Shown: positions 51,456-64,000 of the stretch, one piece after another
Position numbering within the stretch: the stretch's first letter is position 1
How the letters are laid out: every line of letters begins with the position of its first letter
DNA from: Trichoplax sp. H2
Taxonomy: Eukaryota
Direction: 5' to 3'
NCBI GenBank assembly: GCA_003344405.1
Contig: NOWV01000012.1
Location: 806,001-870,000 of the forward strand
DNA: 64,000 nucleotides
Position numbers and translations under genes: made by a program
The notes under the pieces: generated by a model
What the model was told of the DNA's origin: nothing
What the model saw: the letters and a program-made list of their open reading frames with translations, nothing else
Database searches by the model: none

Positions 51456-52151
51456 TTAGCGCGCATCAAAAACGATCACTATAAAATTGAGGCAAGATTA
51501 ATAGGAAAATGATTGCATTGCTCTGGACAGCGTTTGGGAATATACTATGAATAATGATAAAAGCACTAGAGTATAGCATGATTTTAGCTCAACTTACTTC
51601 TTTTGGTTCTTTTCTTATACAATATACGACAACCGCACTCACGACAACGAATTGGATCACGAGGTTTTATATCATTTTCCATTCGACAATCTAGATCATT
51701 TCAGATATGTAGCCATACGTGGTAGAAGAAGAAAAGAAGTTGATGATTACGCAGGTGAAGTATCGTAGGCAAAATCATGCACTTTATAGAAGCTGACAAT
51801 CATTTTATACACACAAAACAGCAGTAAAGCCTACAAAAGTAGCCTAGATCAATGTGATCTCTTTGGTCTAACAATACGAATAACGTATCAGAGTAGCGGT
51901 TGGCATAACGATATTTTAGCCTTAACGTATTTCACTTGGCATGGCAAGATTGCATTACTCGTATAATCCATTCCGATTGCAATCAACAGTCAATGCCAAG
52001 ATTTTAACAAACTCTTTGCTATCATAGTACTTGATATTGCTCTATCCGTCAGCATACCTCCACAAATATACTTGATAGAAATTTTGTTGGCATTAGCTGT
52101 AGAAGGCTGCGTGGATGTGGACGTACTTGCTGTTTGTTCGGCAGCTTCCAT
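51456..52151 (-). CDS. POLR2K: RNA polymerases I, II, III shared subunit RPABC4 (RPB12); 3 coding exons
   Basis: [10 protein letters not shown]...[49 protein letters not shown]. It is absent from the ORF track because the exons are short. Confidence 0.96.
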
Positions 52152-52234
52152 GTTGCATGCCGTCTATCTTTTTCAGCCTCAGACTTTAGTACAAGGATTA
52201 TAGTAAGAAGAGATACAGTTGACTGCACATTGTC

Positions 52235-53180
52235 GCCACTGCAGTGCACAGTATAGTACTGTGTGTACAATGTACAGTGTACAGTACTACATAGCGTACT
52301 GTACACTCTGCACTGTACGTACTGTACTAGTGTACACTGTACTGGATGTGGACCAGAGTACCTGTACAGTACTGTACAGTGTATGTTACAGTAAGGAAAA
52401 CGACTTCAGAAACGCTGTCATTACTGTGTCGAGTACAGTATATCCCATTTCCTTCCTTTCTTGTTTTGCTGGAAAAAATGAGCAGGGACAGGAGCTGCTG
52501 ACGGACAAAACGTCGTCTTTTATTAACTTGAGCGTAAAGTACAATACTACGGTGGCCCAGAAGGCTCAAACTACCTAAAAATAGCGTCCAAAATAATAAT
52601 AAAATAATGAAAAGGAGAGTGGTACAGTTTAGTACAGTAGCCATCTCTTGTGTCAGGCTGTGTGACCTGTACTGCTTACGTCACCAGTACAGTACAGTAC
52701 ACAGTGTACAGTCTTATTACCGTAAAATGCAATTTAGTACAGTAGGAGGCGATCCGATCCTTTGCCTAATACAGTTGAGTATAATGGATTAGTATGGCAT
52801 TGATGTATCATCTATGATACATTGGCACTTAACAGGTTCAAATTTTTGCATCACATCGTACAAAATGGATCGCAAATGCATGGTTTAAATATATCTGAAT
52901 ATCTGTATAGGAATGTGGATAGCCATTGGTCTTTTTTAAGCGTTTTACTTGTAGTTTTGACTATTCAAAGAAAAGAATAGTGTACAGTACAATAAGTATA
53001 CAGTACTGTACACTGTACTGTACAGTACTGTACAGTACAGTACAGTACAGTGAGTGTACAGTGTACAGTGTACAGTATGACCTCGTCACTGTACTGTACT
53101 GTGGATGAAGCGCTGCAAACTGAAAGCGTCCAAGACAAAAGGCTGATTTGACCTACTGTACTGTACTGTACGGTACACTG
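52235..53180. repeat. TACAG/CTGTA tracts in the POLR2K-CANX divergent intergenic region
   Basis: Dense blocks at ~52235-52440, 52620-52745 and 52980-53180. Confidence 0.85.
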
Positions 53181-53487
53181 TGGAAACTATACTATTCACT
53201 ATGCAGCCTTTTCAAGTGGACTCTCTCAAACGAGCGTGGTGGCAATTAAAAACCAACGAGTGCCACCAAGTCGTAGTATTGCCTGGAAAGAAGAAGAAAG
53301 GGTAAGGTAGCCATAACGCTGTTGGCTTGTAGAATGTTCAATGGATTCTTAGCCAGTGAAGGATGTGTTGCAAGCTTTTCATCTTAAAGTTTATTTTTTC
53401 TTTGATTCTTTTTCATGAAATTAGCGTATAGCATTTCTACCATTTCACTCAAGTCTACCATTTCCCTTTTTCATATTGGACAGCAAT

Positions 53488-56400
53488 ATGAACACGTGTT
53501 CGTATGCAATCTGCCTTTTGGTGCTCTTGACGACTACCATAGTCTACTGTGATGAAGCATCATCACTGGAAGAGGAAATGGAGGAATCAATGCCAGTATC
53601 CAAGGTAGTGTTGTGCCGTATCGATTTGGACATGGTTTATCATTCATTTTTTTACACTTCGATCATCATGACTGTCTAATATGGATGAACTTTCTACTCT
53701 CCTTGTCATATTACTACTGTACAATACTGTAGTTGAATGGATCAAGTGAATGTTGTTGTAATAGATGTACTGTACAGTATTGCTAGTCATTGCTATGACT
53801 TTGAATGTTTTAATGGACTCAATGCTAGTCATAACTGCTGTTGGAGAGTCATGTTGGAAATAACCTAATGATCAATCATTGGATTATCATCGACTTTAGA
53901 AGCCTTACCAAGTGCCCCTTTTAACTGATTATGATGTCTACTTATATGAAGCATTCCAGTCTGACGAGAGATATCGCAAAAGGTTAGACTAAAAATAAGC
54001 CTACAGTACACTGTAAGTTTCAAATTCCATTGCAATCTTGGTACTTGACGGGTAGTTCATGATGAGAGAGGGTAGCACAAAACTTCGCTTGATGCGTATA
54101 TCTATCTACAGTATGGATGAGCAGTACTCTACCTTGATCGATGCTTGTTTGCTTTTGATTCTCAACATGCGACAATGAAATAGGCCATTTTAATTTCAAT
54201 TGACTAGTTTATGATATCAACACCGCGGTAAGCAGTAAAAAGCGAGTCGAGATTGAGGAACATATCATGTCATGCATCATTTACTATTGTAAATTGTATA
54301 TTGCTTTATCTTTCATAATCGATATTGACAGTAAATGTCTGTTGCATCAATAAATAGAATTCAAAATTTCGACGTTGGTAACATCTGTATCATTGTATTT
54401 ACAGCTTCTGTATACTATCGGGCTTAGCAGTAACTTAAAATTGCCTAGTTGACTCAGCATACAGCTACTATCATCATTAATTATATTTATGTACTTATCA
54501 TCGATTTCTAGTAGTAATGATTTCATCTACATTTTACTCAATACTATATGATATACGCGTAGACACTCGATGGAGACGGTACACCATACTGTATGTAAAT
54601 TGATATCGTTAAAATTGAACAATACACGTTTAATTAACTGCACATTATTGCTTTTCATAATAATTAATTTATTAATTAGTGGTATATACTCTATATTCGA
54701 AAAATAATTCAATTGGATAGAATCAATACATACTATCAAAGACAGTGAAATAGAAAAGGTATTGTGATAAATTGACAGTGTACAGTTCTTATACACACAT
54801 ATTTATTTATAAGATGAAAATTGTTGGACAATAAAATGAACTCGATATGTATCATCCTTTGACTTTAAAATGATAGGTGATCAGTTTGTATGTCCTCGGT
54901 AAATGGAGGTAGTAACTTACAACTTACATTATATGTTATACACCTACACAGGTAATGATGTTGCGTTGGCTATCAATTTATAGTCATAGTGGAATAGGAT
55001 TTATATACGACATTGCTATCTTGAATTCCATAAACATTCTATTGGATGCATTGCAATACTCTGATAATCTTAGTAGTAGCTTACGAGGATTCGAGTTCAC
55101 TATGCTCACAAAGTAGGATTCTAAAACTTGGTATTAGCTAATACGGGTGAAATAAAGATTGCTAGATGAATTAGCATTTCAATCTTGATTATAGCTTATT
55201 ATTTGATTATAATGGATAAGTTAGTATTTTTGTTCTATCCATAGCCTATACTGTATTACGATTGACCATAGTCAATGTCTAACAATCGAAGCATATTATG
55301 TGTTTTCTGCTATTGTCTATACAGATAACTACACCTATTGAAATAGGAAAGATTGGCTAAGTAACTGTATGTATTCATGATTAATTTATACAGATGGATT
55401 GTATCGGAGGCTAAGAAAGATGGCGCTGATGCTGATATTGCTAAATATGATGGTAATCTTTCGTGTCATCGAACTTTATTGTAGACGTATTCTGACGCAC
55501 TTTATGCTATTAAGAAATAAGCAAGTAGAATTAATCATGCATAAAACTGGAGTTATATGAATCCTTCTTGTGGTGTTATTTAGGTCAATGGGAAGTTGAA
55601 GGTACTAAGAAATTAATTAACCGTGGTGATTTGGGATTAGTTATGAAGGTATACATTTCTTTTAACTACACGTTGATAGCCCTTATAGTAATACTATAAA
55701 TCTCCATCTGCTTGAAAATTGCGACAATAATGCTTGGTACTAAAGATATACTATCTTACTTCTACTATCATCTACAGTGTAGTTTTGTTATATTGGATTA
55801 CCAATTATTAGAATGCAAATTTTAATGTAGAGTATATTAGATACTATGTGAAACGTTACTGACGTAAAAAATGTGACTAAGCCGTATCCGCCATAAATTA
55901 TGGAGTCAAACTGCTCAGTTTGACGTAGTTATTGCAATACACTTGGAGTACATGTTACGCGCTCATTGAATTAGAGTAATCTTCATTCTAATTGACGTGC
56001 TACAGTATTGTATATAATTGATGTCGGCTTAAATATTGATTGATTGATATTAATTACACTAGCTATGGTGGTTAAAGCTAATTATTGTCTCTAGCTAAAA
56101 TACAACCTTTTGCTTAGATGGGACAGTTAGTGATTTCACTCTTTGATATTCTGCATTTTTTATGGAAATATAGTCAAGAGCAAAGCACTCTGCTATTTCA
56201 ACGATGTTGGATCAACCATTCGTTTTCGACACCAAACCATTTATCGTTCAGTAAGAATGTTGATCATAATAATTTTTGAAAGTATCGTAGATATAATATT
56301 GCAATTATAGTTTTCCCTAATGCTACAGTACAACAGCAAATGTAACAAATATTGCTACATACGTTATCTAAAATGATTAGATATGAAGTCCAGTTTCAAG

Positions 56401-59251
56401 ATTTTCAAGAATGTGGCGGTGCTTACATCAAATTATTATCGGCATCTGACAAGCTTAAATTGGTTAGATTATAGATTGATATTTTTGACCAATACGATAG
56501 CATTTATTTTGTACTTATTTAATATCTAATATTTTAGGAAGAATTACATGATAAAACTCCTTATACAATTATGTTTGGTCCTGATAAATGTGGTGAAGAA
56601 AAAAAGGTAGCCTGACAATATAATTTATCGTACATGATGCAATTTTACGTTTTAAAAAAAATTTTACCAAGGGAAATGAATATATCTTTAATATATATTA
56701 TATTTTATTATTAGCTGCATTTCATATTTCGTCATCAAAATCCTGTAACAAATGAATTCGAGGTCAGTTGTGGCTTTAGTCTTATTAGAATAATTTAAAT
56801 CTACTATTTAAGGCAAATTGATTACATATCTACACAATATTTATCGCATTCTATATGTAATAATAAGGAAAAACATGCCAAAAAACCAGATGTGGATATT
56901 GGCAAATTTTTCGATGATAAAACACATCTGTACAAACTCGGTTCGTACCCTTAACAGTTCTTTAGATGTTGATGGGATGATTTATAAAGATTAATTATTA
57001 AGTTTTAATTCTTATTTTAATAAATAGCAATCTTTCCTGACAATACCTTTAAGATCTTTGTTGATGGGGAGTTGGTCAATTCGGGTAGTCTGCTAGAAGA
57101 TTTTCAGTAAGTCGTAAAGTATAGCTTATTTTGATTTGTATTCAGTTACTAATTTGTATCCATCATGGTATACAACTTATTATCTGATTCACTAACTGAT
57201 TTATTAACTCTATCTTATAGACCTCCTGTGAATCCTCCAGAGGAAATTGATGATCCTGATGATAAGAAGCCAGACGAGTGGGATGACCGGGAAAAGTATG
57301 TATACTGTATTGTGTTTGATAACATTGAAAATCAATTTATTATAACTATCTTGAAATTTTTTTAGAATTGACGATTCGGATGCTCGAAAGCCTGATGATT
57401 GGTATTTTGCTAAATGCTATTTTCAAATTTACAAGAAATAATTAATATACAAACGCTTCATCGATGGTTGCTACATATGTATAGGGATGAAGATGAACCT
57501 ATGGAAATTCCTGATCCGGCTGCTGTAAAACCCGAGTCGTGGTTAGATGATGAACAACAATATATTGCTGATCCAACTGCTAAGAAACCCGATGACTGGT
57601 ATATTGAATAGATTGATTGCTTTATCACTGAAGTGTGTTACTTCCATCAAGATAGTCTTTTAGTGACCTTTGCAGGTAGTACAGTATGCTAAATTATCTA
57701 CTTGATGAAATATCTTATAGGGATGCAGAAATGGATGGAGAATGGGAACCGCCTTTAATAGGTAGAAAAAGTTGACAATCAATAGGTCTTTCTATTGTAA
57801 GCTTTTATTTATTATTCTAATTTTGTTATAGATAATCCTAAATGCAAAGAAAGTGGATGTGGAGAATGGAAGCCTCCTAAAATTCATAATCCTAAGTTTA
57901 AAGGTAAATGGATCGCACCAAAGATTGAAAATCCTAACTATCAAGGTGAATGGAAACCGAAGAAGATCAAAAATCCGAACTACTTTAATGATGAACATCC
58001 TTTTACAATGACTAGTATTGTAAGTTTAATTAATCGGTCATTATATGAAATGTGTGTGCAAATTATCCGATTTTATCAGCTCTAACTTATACCCAAATTA
58101 TTAGGCTGGACTTGGCTTTGAAATATGGTCAATTAGCCCAGATATTTGTTTCGATAATATTCTAATCACGTCTGACGAAGCAGCAGCTGAGAAAGTTGCT
58201 GTCGAAACGTATGTAAAGATGGATTATTGACTTTTGAAGTTACTACACTGAATTAAAATATTACTCTTTCAGCTGGCAAACGAAAAATCAACATGAGAAC
58301 TCTGTTAGTTCAGTAAGATTTAACAGCTTCATTTATGAAAACGAAATTATGATAGTGATTTTAATTAATGTACGTTTGATAATATTTAACCTAATACCTA
58401 GGGATCCTTCTTATCCCGATTTGCTGAAGCTGCTGAAGAGAAACCTTGGCTGTGGGTTGTGTACGGTTTAGCTCTCACTGTTCCATTTGCCATTCTTGGA
58501 TATCTTTGCTTTCCTAAGAAGGTCTGCTAAATATTTCGCAACTTTTTTATCAAGGATCAATTATATGCATTCGCCAGTATTAAACTAAGCATAAGTCAAG
58601 GATGATTAATAATAGATGATTCAATTTTTAAATAACAGCGTGACGAAGCTGCGGAAAGAAAACGAACTGATGCGCCATCTCCTGATGATCCACAAAGTAG
58701 CAGAGTAAGAATAATTTTTTTACCGATGGTTTATAACTACAATTATTACATATTAATTTAATTTAATATTCGAATAGCAGGAAGAACGAAGAAATGAGAA
58801 TGAATCTACCGAAGAACAGGTAATTATTACTCTGTAGAGGTTATTCTATATAATTTCTTGACGTTATTCTCGATATATGTTGTCCAGCCTTCTCAAGCCG
58901 CAACTGGTGGAAGTGATGCAGGTGGCACAGAAAGCGTAAGTGAGGGTACTGCGGCCGCATCAGAGGTAACTGTAATGTACTTAATCGTTTTCACACATCA
59001 CATTTTTTTAATATTATTGTTATGTAATGATCGATAGAGAGATAAGGAGGAAGAAGAATCAAAAGAAACGGAGAAGAAGAAAGTACCGGAACGAAAGTAA
59101 TGGAATTAAAATATTGAACTGTTTATGCAGTAGTTACTATAAGTATTTGCATTCACGATAATACTATTGATTACATTTTATAATTATTTTCCTTTGATTA
59201 TATAATTATAGATCTTCGCCACGTAGACGGAAAAAAACGCCAAAAGACTAA
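53488..59251 (+). CDS. CANX: Calnexin (ER lectin chaperone); many short exons
   Basis: Signal peptide [21 protein letters not shown], then [40 protein letters not shown]-domain repeats ([25 protein letters not shown]), GFEIWS, a TM segment [14 protein letters not shown], and an acidic tail ending [14 protein letters not shown]. Confidence 0.97.
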
Positions 59252-61238
59252 ATTTTATTGAAACGTTTAGTTTAAAGACGTTACAGCCATATTTATCATG
59301 TTATACATCTATTTAGTTCAGCTTTTAATAAATTTGTTATTTTGCGTTTACCCTTTTTCAAAGTGTTTGCATTGGCCTTTTAGTTGGAATAATTATGATG
59401 AGTACAATTTTACCATGTCTTTAAATTTTACGTTAGCAGATATAAAGTAGTTACCCAATTGTAGATTTACAGTGATAAATTCCTAAAATTATCGCTGTTA
59501 TAAAGTTATCGTCAATTACTGAATTTTGCGAATATTGAGCGTCACAGTAAAGTCATTGTTTGATATAATATACGTACTTATCTTATGTTAAATGTTTACG
59601 ATAAGGCTATTAACTAGTTATTTACTTAGATATTCGTTTTATTTCTAATACCTATCTTATCCGTTGCTAAGCTCGAGCTTTCGGTTAAAATTATATATCA
59701 AGGCTTGCGTTATATAATAAATAAATAAATTGAATTGTTTGTTAATACAGTAGATTGTGATGGCACGAACAGTACGGTAATTAGCTTGGCAATGAATGAA
59801 ATTGTTCATTTGTAGATTGATCATAATTATTTATAGCTGCCCTAAGTAATTAAGATGATGAGCATTTCCCATTTTTACTTAAATTGATTTGTACAAATAA
59901 TAAAATTAATTAACATACTATGTTTGATAAATAGTTTACATCATTGCTAGACTAGCATAATTTACAACACTGTGTAACCGCATGCATCATAGTTCTTAAG
60001 GTACCTGTACGTTGAGCACCAATATACAGTATTGTGCCCGTGGTGAATTCACCTAGCAAAGCTACGATTTTAAATATTTTCTTCGATTATAATTAGTAGT
60101 AATTCCAAAACTAAATTATATCTATGTAAGTGCAAAATTAACGAATCTCGTAAACTGCTGTAGAAACAAGATTAATATATACTTTTACTTCAACTGAAAA
60201 TGATGATATTTCGATCAAGATCGCATCAGATCGATGCAAAAATACTGTTGATTTGTTATCATAAATATATATAATATATATTATCAACTTTTCGCTAGAA
60301 GTGATGTCACCCTGGCATTTCTTACAATGTAATCATCTATTAGAAATTACTGATATAAAACCATTAAGACAAAAAGTAAATTAAATTTAACTGTTTAATA
60401 ACAAGATTTTAGCAGCCGTATCTACCATCACTAACAAGGTTTAATTCGAATCCCATTTATTTATTCCAGTAGCTAAGTCGAAAGCTTTACATGTTTCATA
60501 TGCATTTGCTCAGGTAGGACAGAGCTCAAATCATATGGGCATATGACACTTCGTTTTCTACATGATTCATCTCAAATGCAAGAACAAATAATTGCCCTAT
60601 GATCGAAATTAGTAAAATCAAGCTATCAATTATATTTACTGTACAATAAGTTGCTACCAGTAAAGTAGTCAATACTCATACAAAAATATTTATTTTTCTA
60701 GTAAAACTAGGGTAGAAAGTATAGAAATTATTTGTTCTCTTCGTTATGAAAAATATTAATTAGGAACCATAATAAATTACATTAAGGCAATATCTGTCTT
60801 GTATCATCTTATATAGATATTCCTAATAGCAGACGCATATCATAATTTAGGCATAGAATTGCCTTTCCAGTTTCTAAACAAAGTACCATACTTTCGCTCT
60901 TGCGGCGAGCATTACATCCGGTTATCCTAAACCTTGATATAGATCTAAACCAGAAATTTCAGTTAATACAATTAGTTATAATTTATCACACGATTTGCAA
61001 TAAAATCAGTTTCATAAAAGAGATATATTCATAATATGATATAATCGATGATGCAATACAGCTAAAGAAATAGCTCACTTACGGTATACGAATACATTTC
61101 ACATATGTTAGAATTTTTAGAGAAATTCTTAATTCTTTTTTACTGCATGATAGTAGTATTAACGTGAGACTAAACTTCGTGAACACAGTTCATAGACTAC
61201 ACTTAGAATCATGCACTGCTTCAGACGATACGTATGTT

Positions 61239-64000
61239 TTAAAAATTAACTCGAGTTCTTATCTTATTCAAATGCAAATCAGTCCGAGATACTACAGCTT
61301 AACAATGCATTTCAAATTTATGATGTAGTAATAATGTTATTACGTTGAAAGGTAACCTACCCATCCTATTATTTATTTTGCAATTTTATAACTATTGAAA
61401 CCTTTCAATCAATTACCAGCATACAATAACATACTTTTCTGAATATAACCCACGACATCGAATTCTGAAGAATATTAATCTTGACTGACGATATCTTTCC
61501 CATTTTATTATTTTTAACGAAGATGTGATAAAAGTTTCCATGATTAAATTTTCCAATATTGACAAAATTTTCGGTTTTAATTTCTTTCCCGTCTTGTAAC
61601 ACTAGTACTTCGGCATTATTCAAAATATCACCTGGATGTTCACTATTGCCACTTAGGATACAAATACTAGAAGATAAAAAAGATACTATGCAGTTAGACG
61701 ATATATTTGTCATAAAGATTAACATCATTACGCGCATTCAAACTGAAAAACAGCGCACGAAGATGAATTAGACCTTAAAAGCAAATGTTGCAAGCAGCTT
61801 GTAATAAATACTGATGTAAGTACATAAAGGTCTGATAGCAACACTCATAAAGTAAGTATAGTAATATTAAAAGAACATTTGAGAGTACTGTACTATATAG
61901 TACACGTATGTCTCACTAAAATACTAAAATTGCAGATACCTTTAAAATAAAATCTGTAAAGAAAATTTTACCGCGTTAATTGCTTGTATAAATAATTTCA
62001 CTCATACTCTTGTTTAACACATGTATGGTACAGATCAACAGCATAAGTGGAATCTGTTATGCACTTTATATAGTAGCTATGGAGCATGTTTGGACTGAAA
62101 TATGTTCAGTCGCCGCTTCTAAAAAAGTAATGACAGCTAGTGGTGGCAGGGATGTACTAAAAGTCACCAGTAGCCTCTAATGGCAAGTGTTTGTTGCTTT
62201 ACCTGCGTAACTCGACAGGCTTCAGCAATTGAATGTCTATGAAATCTCCTTTAATAGGTTTTACGCCCCAAAACATTCCTTTACCATTATAAGCAAATTC
62301 AATGGAATAACTTTGATGATGCTTTATGGTGGTTTTTATTTTAGCTGGAGGATTATTATGAGCCACAAACAGATTACCCATCCTAAATGATTTATCCTAG
62401 GCAAAATGAAATATTTTTAATCAAATAAGACAATAACCGAGAACTAATCACGTCAATAAAAGAAATCGTCTTCTCATTTAACAGTAAAGCTAAACTATCA
62501 ACTCCACACACGTGCTAAATTACTAACGCTAACGTCTTAGTAGTTAACAAATCCTTAATGAAAGCTGATATGTCGGAATCCTAACCTTCAATGGCTGAAC
62601 TTTACCAGCTAGCGAGGAATGCTTTCCGACGTGTTGAAATAGTGAAGGTCGAAAACGTTTAGATAATTTCTGTTTCTGAAGAGAACAGTGTCGCTGGAAA
62701 TTTATAAAGAAAATATTTTAGAAGTTCCATTTTAATAATACAAACTTAATCAATTCAAACTAGATAAAAATTCAAGACTAAATTGTTGCACGTATGAACG
62801 GGTAAAAATACTACATTCGAAATTATGCGAAGATCTGTTGACCAATACCATTGATTTATCTATTGAGCAAACTTTAGAATATAAAATATGATCTAGAAGC
62901 CAATCGCAAGGTTGGTCTTTATGAAACATTAACATGTAATTAACCATGTAAGCTAAATTTTCAGTTCGGAACAATTTACCTATCAATACAAAAGATTATA
63001 TATACATCAATTGTTAAGTACCATCAAAACATGTATCTAAAAAGAAAAACAACACAAAATTTGAAGAATAAATGCTACTCTATTCTTATAATAGAGTAGT
63101 TTGTATTTACCAATAAATCCTAATTGCGAAAAGAGTAAAACAAACCACTGTTGATCGCGTTGTTTCATAGCGAAATTCTTCATTTTAGAGATACAGTTAG
63201 GAGCAGAAATGACGTCATCTTCTAGCTAATTTGTAGCAGAAAGCGCGTTATTATAAACATCGAAAAACAACAATAATTGAGAAAAAATATGTATTCACAG
63301 TTTATTCAACTTAGTAATATATTGTTAGCAAATAGGTATAAGTAGAGGGTACTAGCTATAATCCATTTGATATCAAAATAGGTTCCTACTTTAATTATAA
63401 AAGTTAATAACCAGCATTACTCTGCCAAGGCAGTTGATGACGCTGTAGGGATTTACATGGAGGTAAATGCAGATAAAACTGGTGACTAACATACTGTACT
63501 GATGAACACTTAGTTTTACCTGAACGTAGTAAACGCCCTTGTTCATAACGTACATCATAAGGTAAGCATAATCCAAATTTTGTTTAGTTCTCCATCTTAA
63601 GTTGTACATCATAACATAATTTTTGTTAGAATATTTTTAATGATAGATGAAAGGAAGACTTTAAAATTTTATTATTTGCTACCTAACACGTTGTATATTG
63701 TCTCCTAACGTCAACGGCAGATGAGTAAGATCTGGATAATAGTCAGCTGCAGGTGCAATCATTTCTAAAAGGCCTGATGCAATGTATTGGCTAAACCTTT
63801 GCAATAAATCATTAAGTAATGAACTTAATACAAATATGTAACACACCGAGAAATGTAATATTGCTATAAAGATAAGAAATATTTTCTTACTTATCCGATA
63901 AGACTTTAGCGGTATCCTTGATAAATTTTATATTCGTCTATACAGTAGTTAAGGAGAAACAGACTTTCAATAATTCGTATATTATAATATAACGCTAAGG
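61239..64000 (-). CDS. MGAT4: MGAT4-family alpha-1,3-mannosyl-glycoprotein 4-beta-N-acetylglucosaminyltransferase (GT54); 5' end beyond window
   Basis: [23 protein letters not shown]...[23 protein letters not shown]...[42 protein letters not shown] and SGNSEHPGD. The terminal micro-exon IRTRVNF-TAA (stop ~61239) is tentative. Confidence 0.93.

Noticed and set aside
54059-54150. ATGATGA in a calnexin intron as a possible C/D-box snoRNA
   Set aside because: No suitably placed CTGA D box or terminal stem, and no recognisable rRNA guide.
55905-55924. Perfect 9-bp hairpin gtcaaactg-ct-cagtttgac as a possible Helitron 3' end
   Set aside because: Isolated, with no properly spaced CTRR terminus or second copy in the window; compatible with chance.
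61653-61661. GTATCCTAA U12-like donor on the minus strand in MGAT4
   Set aside because: It lies inside a coding exon ([13 protein letters not shown]) and is not needed for the reading frame.

Overview
AT-rich, intron-dense eukaryotic DNA from a compact animal genome. Short introns and gene content suggest an early-branching metazoan such as a placozoan; this is inference only. Ten multi-exon genes were reconstructed by hand: NAA15/16 (-, runs off left edge), RNF121/175 (+), NuMA (-), UQCRB (-), ATRX (+), LRRC51 (-), LAMTOR1 (+), POLR2K (-), calnexin (+) and an MGAT4 GlcNAc-transferase (-, runs off right edge). Highlights: (1) RNF121-NUMA1-LRRC51-LAMTOR1 and CANX-MGAT4 repeat human gene neighbourhoods; (2) dense TACAG/CTGTA (GTAC-centred, self-complementary) pentamer tracts sit at essentially every inferred promoter, with hairpins and a recurrent (CCAT)GGACTAC motif; (3) two U12-type introns lie in the head-to-head NAA15/RNF121 pair; (4) 30.8-33.7 kb is repeat-rich, with tandem arrays, a foldback element and possible upstream ATRX exons. 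Exon boundaries were read by eye. No RNA gene, CRISPR array or autonomous transposon could be supported.
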